Shown: one piece after another, positions 39,000 through 52,200 of the stretch
Numbering within the stretch: the first letter of the stretch is position 1
How the letters are laid out: each line of letters opens with the position of its first letter
Assembly (NCBI RefSeq): GCF_963676685.1
Contig: NC_092348.1
Span: forward strand, 8,556,001-8,620,000
Reading direction: 5' to 3'
DNA from: Mytilus edulis
Lineage: Eukaryota
DNA length: 64,000 nt
Translations under genes and position numbers: made by a program
The notes under the pieces: model-generated
What the model was told of the DNA's origin: nothing
Databases searched by the model: none
The model's input: only the letters and a program-made list of their open reading frames with translations

Positions 39000-41105
39000 G
39001 TACTGTCGACCATGCTATAATTTCACGGTTTCTAAGAATGACAATGTGAATGCAATTAACTATACTGATATGACTTTTTAAATGTTTATGTTAATGATTG
39101 GAGTCCTGAGCTTTCAACCTTCACAATCACATCAGTTACTGTAATAATAAAACCATCGATACTCACTGTTTTAACTGTATATTCAATCTAATATTTATAC
39201 CGCATAGCCAACAATGGTCTCATATAGTTTAGACTGAAGTTTATCATCTCGGACATAATCCTTGATATGATTTCACTATTCGACTGTAAAACACCAACCA
39301 AAGACCAATTCAATATAAAACATGTAAGCATATTCTTAATTCTATGGAGATGTTGTATACCGATCCTGGAACTGAGATACGACCCAGGTAAACGTATCGA
39401 TCCTTTTAGTCAACGTATTCTAAAAGTTTACCAAATCAACACTGTTCTTGGTAATGCATTAAGAGGTTGTCAAAAAGGTTTTCGAGGTACAGCAAAACAT
39501 AGCATCAGTGGAATGGTATTTTTATTCAACCTATTTTACTACATGACAGACACTTTATAGTCAGATGATAGTTATCAAAAGTATCAGGCTTATCATTTAA
39601 TACGCCAGGCGCGCTTTTCGTCTACATAAGACTCATCAGTGACGCTCAGATCAAATATGAAATATGCTGCAAATAATTCATGTATTGAGCAGATACTCTC
39701 ACATTTAATAAAGCGTAAAAACGAACATACGTCTACGTGAAGGGAACATAAGACATTCACATGTGTTGGTCAAATGAAATAAAGAAACATGCTTCTGCAT
39801 ATTCCCCATTATGTAGTAACTTGAATGATTTTCGTCTACTTTAGGACAACAGTAAAAATGACACTAGCTATCAAGCAGTCAAAGTGTAACGAAGTATAGC
39901 TCAACAAATTGCTCAGTAATTCTCCTTTGCCACTTAGTTCATTTAACTTTTTACTATTCATTTATCTGCACTATGATTCATATTACAGCTTTAAGATATA
40001 TGATTGAAAAAACTGGACAATTAAGGTTAAAAAAAAAACAATTTGGGGGGGGAGACTTTTTGTTATTTTTCAAAATAAGAAATGCTTATTCACATAAAAC
40101 AGCATCAAGCACAACGTATAAAATAACTAAATATAAATCAATTCATAAGGATGTAACAAATCCTGCATCTGATAATTGTCAACTCTGATATATAGTATAT
40201 AGCAACCTTTTGTGCAGGTGTTGAAAAAACGAGTTTTTTTTCTATAATTATGTAATATTGTAAATGAACAGCAACCCTTTTTAAAGGAAATCCTGATAAG
40301 AAACGTGAGTTATGAAATATGGGTATCAAAAAGATGAAACATTTATTATAAATATACGTTGCATGTCAAACATTTATCAAAAGTTGTAAACAAGGAACAA
40401 GCGTAAGGAACTAAAAATGCCGGGGAATTAATTCAAAGTGACAAAGATAAATTTAACATGTGCATTTCCTACAGACTTGAAACTTTGCAACTGAAATAAT
40501 GTAAAAGTTAATAGTTTTTTTAAGTTATTCGTCGCTTATTTTGGACAATAAGTGTCAACACGTATTATATGATGTCACATTTTACATGTATCTTATACAT
40601 GCGGTTTACATTGAATGTAGAAAAGGTTTCATATTTTTAACATGATCTTTTGTACTTCTTTTTCATAAAAATACTATAAATTAAATTTTTCAAGATGAAT
40701 TTATTTACTTGCATTTTTCTAGTTTAGATTTAAGGCGAAAACAAATTAAAGCAACCCAAAAATATCAAAACTTAAAACCAATAAAGTTAGACTATCGAAA
40801 AAATAAAAGGCGGTTAACTTCAAATGCAATAATAAAAATATCGATTGCATTTTTAGCAGTTTAATACGGTTATATGGTATTAATTGGAAATGAATAAGAA
40901 AAATAATAAAACCTATTTCGAAAATTCGACATCTGCTCTCCATCGTGAATGTAAACACGCTTAATATCACCATCACACTTGTTTTGTTTTGATTTGGTGC
41001 AGTGGGTCATGACTTAGTTACATAACTGAAGATGAATTAAAATCAAGGCCAAATTAAAACAATTACATATTGCTTGGAGTTATAAACATTAACTTCGACT
41101 GTAAC
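39000..41105 (-). pseudogene. Probable highly decayed TLR relic convergent with gene B
   Basis: Minus strand 39230-39180 reads KLYETIVGYAV*ILD*I (compare TIR start KKYDAFIAYSEKDVDWV); LIAFTLSFLE follows; LRR-like scraps lie further upstream; 40265-41105 is paralogous to 24955-25745. Confidence 0.35.
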
Positions 41106-43109
41106 ATAAGGCTATTAAACGACTCAGATAAAAAAAAAAAGTTGACTTCTTTTTTTTCACATCTGAACTAAATGTTGTGTTTGCTTTTTATTACATTAAA
41201 TTTTTTCATGGTGTACAATAACTGCTTATATTTCGAAATGATCGATTCATGTGAACATAATTAAAGCTAAAGGAAATCTATTGACACGATTTATTTGAGT
41301 ATTGTGCTGGTTTAGTTCACTACGATTCAGTACAGTGGCAACAGTTGTTATATATATAATACTACGTACATTTAACAAGATTAACAGTTTTTCAAAAAAG
41401 TTTTATCCACTCAGTAATCAGTGCATCGGTTCTGACATGATTTATTCAAAAATTTCTTAAATTAATTGATTTCAAAATAATCAGAAACTAAGGTTTGCAC
41501 TCCCCGATGCAAAGTTGACCTTGCTTTTCATTCGTTTGATGTGTTTGCACTTTTGCCTTTGACATTTAATTAGGGTCTATCTGTTTTGATAATTCCTCGG
41601 ACTTAGGTATTTTTTTTATTTACTTTTTCGAAAGATTGTGCTATCTTATGCAGTCAGGAATCTACTTCGTCAAAATTATCTCCCCATTACGCCAGTTAAT
41701 TTTCACAATCGTAGAAATGGAAGCCATTGTAGGGATGACGCGCTGCCAATTTTGCTCTTGGAAACCGATAAATTTATCCGCATAGCACCATTACGATCCT
41801 TATATGTCAGTTATATTATAAAAGACAAATATATCTACTTGCTAATGAGCATCAATTAATGATCTTGTCTGCATTGATTCAATTTTAAACTATTGTCTAA
41901 TCGGTTGTCAGGTGGAATTTTTTTAATTTCTTAAACATTTAAAAAAACTCTAATTAAATATTTCGTGGAAGGGCAGACTAGATTTTTTTAGTGGTTGAAG
42001 ACTATAAACCTTAGTTATCACACACAAACAATTGATTTTTTTCGAAGATATGCATTTTCATCATCCAACTTGAAAGACTGTCGTCAAGTACTTTTAGTAA
42101 AAAAAAAATAGCTATTCGAACACACCTACTCTGTTTTTATGATTCATTAGATAGGTATTTCACGTGACCCATATATTTCATCTTTTAGTACTGTGATTTT
42201 TTTCTGTTATAAAGTCAACCTGTAGCTTTAATATATAAAAATATAAGAATCTGAAGCGAGATGATGTATCAAATATTCTTGCTTTGTACGTTTTCAAGAC
42301 AAAATATTCAACTCAAACACACCCTAACATAAAAAGGTGCACTCGATTTTCTCTTTTCGATACAATTGTTACCCATTTTTTAGAATTTTTTCTTGAGTCA
42401 CATAATGGAGGGGCAGAAACGAAAATTACTGAACTAATAGATTAATATGTTTTCCGTCCGTGGTAATTTTTTCCAAAAAAAATCGGAGGTTATGCATTTT
42501 CTACATCCAACTTGATAGATACACATGTCTTTGACTTGATATCTAATTGTTCTGCTTAACTATGTAATAGAGCAATAGAAACCTTATGCAAATGGTGTTT
42601 TTGAAATAGAACACTTCGTAATTGAGAAGAAAATTGTCATTTTATTTGTTTCAATTAACTTTCAAATTTTTTGTTACTATAGTAAACATTACAGTAAGAA
42701 TTTATCGCCTTCTCTAACAAAGAGCTTCGATTCTTTTGTTCTGTTTCAACCGGGTTTCCGCCTGTATGTAGCTTTTGGCAATAATGCTCATCGCGTGTTC
42801 AAATTATCTTACATCCGTAGGTAGTAAATGATAGGGTGTGAGCGCAATAAACACAATAGTCTAAAAAAAATGACCCAAAAAAACACACAACAATTATAAA
42901 ACTAAAGTTTGATCAACACTAACCGAAACAGGAATTGGAGGTGAACTCGTATGCTCCAGAATGGTAGGCCTTTCCTGTTCCACCAGTAAAACTGCAGTAT
43001 TACTGTTGTCAAAATACATTGATGAGTCTTATATGGTGGTAAGTTTTTAATTTGTTTAGTAGTTATCGTTATGAAATACGTATAAACTACGTATGTGTGA
43101 TTATAAAAC

Positions 43110-43380
43110 AAATAATTCCTTTCTGTGTAGCATCATTACAGCAGCGCCTGCATATGGAGTATATATATCCCAGTTAACACAATGTTCCAGGGCTTTTTTG
43201 TCTAATCTTATTTCCTCGATATGAGGTTGTTGCTCACAAGGAAGCTATAAAACCAAGAGTTCAAACTTGTGAAATTTAAATCATTCCTTTCTTGAGCGTT
43301 GTAGAAGACCTGTTTCACAGATGACGGTATGTTAATTGTCGTAACCATAATCCCGTCCTCTTTTCCCCAAATGTGACCTT
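43110..43380 (+). mobile_element. Penelope-like retroelement fragment
   Basis: FLCSIITAAPAYGVYISQLTQCSRA...LLTRKL*NQEF. Confidence 0.6.
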
Positions 43381-44589
43381 CTTATCATCGTGCTTGTGTT
43401 TTGTCATTTGATTTTGCCATTTGATTAGGGACTTTCCGTTTTGAATTTTCCTCGGAATTTAGTATTTTTTTAATTTTACTTGTTAATCGAAATATTGAAA
43501 TAGCATGCATATTTACTATAAGCCATGATAATTTTCTGTATAATTTTCTACAGCTTTTAAAGTTCACTGTATAATATTGGTGATAAAATATTTATTAAAG
43601 CATTTAATTTGCTTTTATTTTCTATTAAAAGTTAGGCATTCCGATGATTTGTTTTGGAGGACACTTAACTAAGTCATGACCCACTGCACCAAATTTCTGA
43701 CAAAGTCACTGCAATAAACAGTCTTCTATAAGCTGTGTTTAAATTTTGTGAAATACATACTAAACGTTGACGTTACGCAATAAAAGGTTTGATACATTGA
43801 AACCCACCTTAACATTATGGTATCTTTCTCTTAGGAACAAGCATTCACTTTTATAAAAGTATTCTTGTTTTATCAACTGGATGATCAAGTTAACAAATTG
43901 TATAAACCATTCCATACATTAAACCAATATTTCAAATGAACGAGTGAATGTATGAGATATATATGAGTAAGACATCAGCAAGCAACAATTGACTAACAAA
44001 TATTGCTACAAAACAACTTTAAACAAATACGATGTACTATGAGTACATGGTGTTTAACCGTTCAAAGAGGGCTTGGTGTTGTGGATAATCAATCTTCTCC
44101 TAACGATAAAATAAAAGTGCTGTTCCAGCAAAACAATCTGCAAACACTATAGTTATTTGAATAGCCTAACAAAAAAATTAACAGCAAATCTGAGAATATA
44201 TTTTACACCAACCAACAAATTTGTAAGTATTATTTCATTATTCTACTTCAATCACGAAAGAGAAGATTTTAAAAATAACAAACCTGTTTTCTCTTTCATC
44301 TTTGTTTTTACATACAAAAGGATAAATGTCTTTTCCGCATATCGCTAACCACAAACTTCACAAAAAATTAAAGAACGATACATTACATAGTCGACTATAT
44401 ATATATCCAAAATTATCACAACGGTTTTGTTTTACGTAATAGGTAGTCGCCATCAATTTAAAATGCAGTATAAGTGTTTATCACATTTTGGCTCTGTTTT
44501 TTGTAGATTCAATTCGAAATTTTCAATCACAATCAGCATAATGTTGCATTAATAAAAAGTCTACACTAACACACTGTTCATGTGCCTCA

Positions 44590-45230
44590 ATTAAAGGCAA
44601 GACTAAATCCCATTTGTCAATGCTCTTCTGAAAAAGGGATCGTATATACAAGCTTCTAGTGTGTCTTATTATGAAGTGTTTACAATTAGAGACGATATCA
44701 CCAAGGTGCTTGACTTCTTTACATCGCCGTTGTGTTTATTCGAAATTGTTGAAATTAAAGAGCAGTCGATATTCAAATGGATGGGAATTTTGAATCTCTT
44801 CTGGTCAGCCTGTTTATGTATTCATATGAAGCATACAATCTTCATTCATTACGATTTTCGACTTCGAAATTGCGTTGTGACACGGCCGTTTTTCTAACAA
44901 TAGTTTTCGTGGATTAGGTCACTGCGTACAAAACAATTTATGCGAATTAGAGTATGGGAAGACAATAAATTCTATATATGTACATTTTAAAGATTTGAAA
45001 ATACAAAGGATTTGTTATAATAGAAAGTCTATGTTCACTTTCTTTACAGTAAATCTTGTCAATCCGAGTAATAAAACCATATCAAGACCTTTGTTAATCT
45101 GAATAATTATAACCTTAAAGATATATTAATATGAAGCAGCACATCCCCTACTTATAACCCTAAAAAACTGCCATTTAAGATAATCTGAATACCGTTCTTT
45201 AATTGGTTAAAAGATAAAGTGATAATTAAC
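44590..45230 (+). pseudogene. Decayed multi-LRR ectodomain relic
   Basis: Frame-hopping fragments NPICQCSSEKG, IRDDITKVLDF, SNNSFRGLGH, FKDLKI, TFVNLNNYNLKDI and LKNCHL resemble LRRNT plus LRR motifs. Confidence 0.35.
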
Positions 45231-45279
45231 ATCTATCGTCATAAAATTCTTTGTAAATAGAATGACGATATGACAATTT

Positions 45280-45700
45280 CCAAAAGGATAATTTCAACTT
45301 CACCAATTAGAACGCTTGCAGCGGCACCAGCATATGGAGTATATGTGTCTCAATTGATACATTACCCTAGAGCTAGCTCAAAGAACGTTGATTTTGTTGA
45401 ACGTTGAATACTGCTTTCTCAAAAGTTGCTAAGACAGGGCTATGAATCAATCAAATTAAGGTCATCCCTCAAGAAATTTTACGGTCGCCATCATGAGCTG
45501 ATTGGCCATTATGACAAAAGTGTGTCAGATATCATATCTGATATTCTTCCTCAGTCATTATAACCTTCCATCATTATCGAACTGAACAAAGAAATAACAC
45601 GACGTGCGTATACGGTGCAGGAAATGCTTAACATTCCGGAGCACCTGATTTCACTCCCGGTTTTTAGTGGAGTTCGTGTTGTTTCTTATTCATTATTTAT
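45280..45700 (+). mobile_element. Penelope-like retroelement 3' fragment
   Basis: AAPAYGVYVSQLIHYPRAS...LLSQKLLRQGYESIKLRSSLKKFYGRHHELIGHYD, a post-RT segment; related pieces near 26700-26950(-), 32580-32760, 46040-46400(-) and 61800-62070. Confidence 0.65.
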
Positions 45701-46623
45701 AACTGTTGATGTAAATGTCCCTTTGGTTTGTGAGTCTTTGTTTACTCTTTGGTTTTGATTGTTTTTGTCTCTCTTGTAGGCAGCAACCCTCTATCGTGGA
45801 AATTACTATAGGAAATGCAAGCTATGAAATCAACTGAGAAATAAATACCCCATATGCATACTGTGGATTCATTATTATTCATTGGATACCGATTATCGAG
45901 GGTTTCGTTGGTACAGGTTACCACGAATTTCAAATGTTCAACGAATTACATATTTTCAATAGGTTCTGTATACAGAGATTGGCAAAACCACAAAATCAAA
46001 TATTCACGGAATTGCAATTTTCAGCCATTCACGAAAATTGCTTCGTTAGGTCACATTCCGAAAAGAGGACGGGATTGTAGTAACGACATGAGAACATGTT
46101 CGTTATCATCTGTGAAACGAATATTTTATAACGGTCAACCAACACAAAAAAAATTGATGAGTTCACCGCTTGGAACTCTTGGTTTAATAGCAATCCTCTA
46201 TGAAGGAAATCATGATAGGAAATACAAAGCCTGAAAGGTCGTATCAACGAGGAGTTGATATATACTCCGTGTGTAGGAACTGCTAGACTGATGCTACATA
46301 GACATGGAAAGTTCACAATTGGAAAGCTGACATCATCTCGTTTGTCGTAATTATTTACTTTTCAACCGACCCTCATTAGCAGTTGATTAAGATGTGAGTC
46401 AAGATATGGCCTAACCGTATCTGTTGTATCCTTTATCCCAAGTTCGATGAGATAGAGATAGATGCGTTCAACAAAGTCAACATATTTTTGATTATTTAGT
46501 GAGAGAACATCACTTAATTAAATCGGGAATTAATCGTCTTAGATGTGTCACATAATTTATCAATTAAATTTACGAAATAAATAACAAACTATTTTATTGT
46601 AAAACAACACGTCTCTTAGGTTA

Positions 46624-48048
46624 TCATTTTTAGCCATGGCGTTGTCAGTTAATAAATCCATCATAGTCTTTCTCTACGTTAATGTCATTTCTGAATTCAC
46701 ATGGACAGTTGATATTGAGTCGCGTAAATAAAATAACATTGATCAAATTTCTGAAATAGATTGTCAACAAAGTTATAACGAACAATGTAATTGTTATGAT
46801 GCCCATAACGAAGACTGGAAAATGGATGACAGTTTCCTTGTTGCAGTTTAGTTCTGTTGGAGACAGACTGATGAATTGTCGTCCACGGACGTTTGAGGGA
46901 TTTTCACACTCAAGCGACTCTAGGTAATCATAAGCTTTTGGCATTGTCTTTGAAGATAAATATTCCATTACTTCAATTATTCCACAGACACAAAAGAACG
47001 GATTTTCAGTGATATCGACTTTAACAAATGCGTATGTAAAGAACGAGTCTATCTTACCTTTTGTTAATGAATTGATTTTATAACGCCGTAAATCTATTAT
47101 AACAACTAATTTTGTATTTTTCGATTTTAATCCGTTATCTAGTATTATTGGGAGGACTGTTATGTTGTTATCGGAAAAGTCTATATATTCCATTTCTGGG
47201 AATCGTAGTCGCCATCTTTGTAGTTTATAAAAAGAGTCAAATATACCATTACCAGAAAAATTCAAAATTTTAATATTTTTTGCAACATCTGTATGAAGAA
47301 TCTTATTAACATATTTGTTTTTAAATCCTGCATTCCACTTATTTCAAAAACCTCAAGGTTATTGTACAAACAGGTTCTCTTCTGGGTGTTAAACAAATGA
47401 TTATACTGCTCGAGTGCAGTGCTTAAATTAAATAAGTAATAGGTGTGCATATCTTCAAAAAAAATCTGTATTCTTCTCCTGATAATGGAAAAAGCATTTT
47501 CCGGTCCGCATTCTGCAGCTCTTGCTATAGACGATTTAGCTTTTGGTTTTGAGTCATAGTTTTCTCCAAGCCTTTGAATAATTGTAACGTTGTCCATATA
47601 TAGATATTTTATTGTGTCGGGAATTCTTTCTATCAATGGATTATTGTAATCGGATTTGTAATCCTTACTTTTGCAGCCTTTAATATCAATTTTATTTATT
47701 TTGTCTGCTCTTTACAAGTGACGGATAAGTCAAATCTGATATTTGATGATACTTGATTGGTAAAATTTCTAAATTCAGATAAATTTATAATGGAATTACA
47801 TTTAATGATAAACACAATGTTAAAGTATGTATGACCAGTTTGCTATATATTACATTGGATACTCCAGTTCTCAAGGCTTTCAAACTCATTCGTAACGTAA
47901 GTAAAATTGGCAATTGTATCCACTGAATCAATCATCTGAGGTTGTGATGCTACCAAATCATTATTCTTTACTTTTTTTTAACTTTAAAGATATCTAATGC
48001 AAGTTCAAGCAAAGTATAAATATAAAGAAACGTGAGATAGTTTTTCAT
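46624..48048 (-). pseudogene. TLR C pseudogene (paralog of A/D), TIR deleted
   Basis: ATG at 48048 in the conserved cagttcagaATG context; early frameshift in an A8 run, in-frame TAG near 47845, deletion of the FPWPF segment near 47712, and a frameshift between ORFs 47262-47636 and 46645-47265. Homology ends at YDGFI, the start of the TIR. Confidence 0.9.
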
Positions 48049-49216
48049 TCTGAACTGTTTCCTGGAAAAATATTTTATAGTATACCGGATGATCTAGATC
48101 CTTATAAAATCAACAGAACTTGAAAAGCAAAACAAATCTTATTTTGTTCAGCAAACATAATGCTCATAGTTAATTTCGTTTGTTTTCTACATAACTGATA
48201 CATAAAGTATATAAATAACAAAGAAAACAAACTTTAATGAAACGTTTACGGAACTATGTACTATCATTTACTAAGACATAATACACAACAAATCGTAAAT
48301 GTTTTCCGCAATATAAGTTTTATCTGGAGTAATTATGATAAATAGGTGACATCTAAAATAACACTTCATAACATAACTAAACAGGCTGTGTTGAACCTTT
48401 ACGGATACTAGATTCTAAAAGAGCATCTTCCCTTGCATAGCAGAGAAAACATTTATTTCGTCACTAAATTACTAAATTGCAGCTTTATTTGCACTAGCGC
48501 CATACGGTATTTCGTTGCTCGCTAATTTATGGTTACGTTCTATATAAATATCTTTTACTAGACAATTATATAATGTATTTTTCATCTGCATACCCAGTCA
48601 ACCAGAGAAGAACTTAAAATTGCGGTAACATATTTTCTGCAATTTCAATAAATGAAGCTTGAAGCCCAGATTTGTCTCCAGTTTTCATTGATTTTAAATT
48701 ATTTCGTATCATCCTGAGATGCTATAAGAAACACATTAGCAGGTTTGCAGAATACTCTACAAAAACAAAGAATGCACACGCTGAAATGTCTCGCCTTATT
48801 TACTAATCATTGATATTATGTTGATAGTCCTAAATATAATTGACCATTAACCAAGAAAACTAAACAGTGATCAATGAACCATGAAAATGAGGTCAAGGTC
48901 AGATGAACCATGCCAGGTAGACATGTACAGCTAACAATTCTTCCATGCAACAAATATAGTTGACTTATTGATTATAAATTAAGAAAAACAGACCAAAACA
49001 CAAATACTTAACACTGTGCAATGAACCGTGAAAATGAGGTCAAGATCAAATAAAACCTGTGCGACTGACATATAGTTCATACAATATTTCCATACACCAA
49101 ATATAGTTGACCTATTGCATATAGTATTTGAAAAAAAATGAAACCAAAACTCAAAAATTTAACTATAACCACTGAACCATGAAAATGAGATCAAGGTCAG
49201 ATGACACCTGTCAGTT

Positions 49217-52200
49217 TAGTGGGAGATATTAGCAGGCAAAATCGAGGGAATTGTGCAAATGATGATACAAGCATGAAAATTACCACAAAGCATCATTATT
49301 ATATACTTTTTAAGAAACAACTGCTGGCCATAAAAAAAAATCATTTTTTCAAGATGGCCACGACCTTTTTCTAAAATGGCTGTTTTTACAGTTTGAAAAT
49401 ACTATTTTTTTCTTGAAAACTTTTCTTTGACCTTCTTTTAGTGAATTTAAACAGCTATCAAGTTTGGTAGCTACCTTCCTTTCATGTGAAAAATTTACTA
49501 GAAAGAATTTTTCACATATCCCGGGTTTACGCATGCGCGAAAATGTAACAAAATTCATTCAAAATATTTGGACCATTTACTATCAAATTAGTGTTTGGGG
49601 ATTTTCAATGATCTTATGATTTAGTTTGATAACATTTTTCAAGGTTATGATACACATGATTTAACAATTTCGCATGCGCAAACTATGTATAGACATAAAG
49701 AGCGATTTTTATGCAATACCAGGCAGGGCACACTGGTATAAATCGTAGTTCATCTCATTTATCTAAAAATCGAGGCCCTTGTAGAGCTGTTCAAGTAAGT
49801 GTAACATCTATGATGCCACTGTTTAAAAACAAACCCATTCAGTTGCAATGATCAGGTATTCGATGGATAAGCCGAAAATTGTGGTTAATACGGGAGAAAC
49901 ATCAATAGTAACGAAGAAATGACTTGTAAAATTCTGGGTAATATATTACGTAATATTGGATGGACATGTGTCCTCAGTTAAACCAATATTGCAACACCTA
50001 GAACGGCAGATTCTTTGTATGTATTTTCAAATGTACCTACATTTGTAGGACTAGACACGCGCATCAGATAACTGTATGTGTTTTGCTTGAATTGTATCGG
50101 CTTAAGAAAGCTAAACACAGAAATTATAATCATGTCATGACTCTGTGACGTTTAATGATTTGATAGACTGGTGTAAGGAAATATAGTCATCTAGATCACA
50201 GTTTAATTCCTGGCGTTCAATTATAAAATAAGAACTTCTTGTGAATTTGGTAGTATGCTCATTTCATGAGTCAGATTTTGTACAAACAGTCCATATGAAG
50301 CATGATGGATGCCGTATTTATCTAGGTCTTGATCATGTAAATTATTCTCGATCGTTACCGACCTTCTCCGAGATATGGCATCCTTTGATTGATTTTGAAA
50401 ATGATAATTTCACTGTACGTAAGACCAGCAGATATTTTTCTTATAGCACAATTGATCAGACAAAAAACAGAATAATGCAATTGTGAAGGGCGATACTGTT
50501 GTCATAGGGTTAACCGAAGATCCCTTTTAGACATATGGATGGTAGCTGGACAAGAAGTCAGTAGACTATCAGATGAATTTGAAAGAATTAGTGGCATTCT
50601 ATAATAACAGATGAACTACTTAATGAACACTCTACAAAAACAAAAAATGATTTCTTTAAAAAGATCAAAGGCAAACAATACGAAGATCGTTTGAAGCAAA
50701 TGCAAAACGAAGGAGAACCTGTTTCTTATAACCAGATCAACAAGAACAACTTCTTATTATGTCCGTAAAATAAAACTGTAAACGTCTTTGTCATAAACAA
50801 AGCTAGAGAACCTTAAAAGTGATTGCGATATCTTTTCTAGACTTGTATTTCTTGTCACAGTAGACAAATTGACTTGGAATATTTCTTTATCCATTAAAAA
50901 TAAACTGCTCTTCCGTTTTTGTCTCAGGATGTCACTTTGAACAGTGGTATAAAATCGGTGCAAATGGGTATACTTGAAACATTTTGCGATTAGCTGATCC
51001 AAATTCTGACGCATTTATCGTTGGTGGGGCAATAATGGTTTATTCTATAATATTGAGAACTGTCATCAAGTTTATTTTTTCATCACATTTTATCAAGTTG
51101 TATTGAACATTATTATCATACTTGACTTTTTATACTACTGTATGCAATGTATATGTTTACATTTTGTTTGATTTCTCATGATGAGGGCCTCAGGGAAGAT
51201 TAGTTATATAGCTAACTGTGTAACCCTCTTAAATACAGTTTTGTTGTTGTTGTTATTTTGGGCCACCGGGCAACAATATTTGATGATTTTGCAAATGATG
51301 TCATACTGCCTTACATAAAATCGATAAGTATTCAAGAGTAGACATTGTATTTGATGTTTATACAAAATTCTCAGAAATGATCCTGAATATGTTTAATTGT
51401 CATTTGTTCCATGTTTGCATTGTGTTCTGATTCTTTGTAAATATTTTTCGGGTAAATCGATTTCTGTTTGATGTGATGCTGTTCTAATCTGATTTTAATT
51501 GTCTGTTATTTATACTGTATCTTTTCTTTGGTAATCTGTTATGTAAAAGGGAAATGTGTGTTAACACCTGAGCAAACATCCAACCTCATATCTTTTGCAA
51601 ATTCTTTGACCTGACAATTAAACCATCCTGATGCAACTTTCTGCCCTATATTTTAATTTTGCTAATAAATGTGTCAGTGAACAAAATCCTCAAAGTCACA
51701 CATAATGAGTTCATAGTAATTTCATAGTAATTTAAATAATTTAATTACCCCTGATTTCTTTCAAAACACACCATTTGAACTCATGATATGTAAAATTAAG
51801 GATTTAGTGCTCACATTATTATCGACCTAATTTTTCCTGCTATAACCTATCTTGTAAATAAACTCCTGGGAAATACTGTGTAGCAATGCCATTGGTATCC
51901 ATGTTTGAATTAAACATAAATCATAATTTAATTACAACTTTTATTTTATATATATACATCACAATTATAATTTGGCCCTTGGGGAAACTACTCAGCTAAA
52001 CAATATAATTTTTTGCTCCATGCCTAAACCAAGAGCCTAGCTATGTGCATACTGAAAGTATCAAAGTATAGACCCCTGGCTTGACATTACACCAATCCAA
52101 TTGGAACGATGGTTCAAAATAAATGCATGAGGCTATCAGGAAGCCTATGAGGCTATCATTCCTAGAGGCTATCATGCCTATGAGGCTATGAGGAAGCCTA

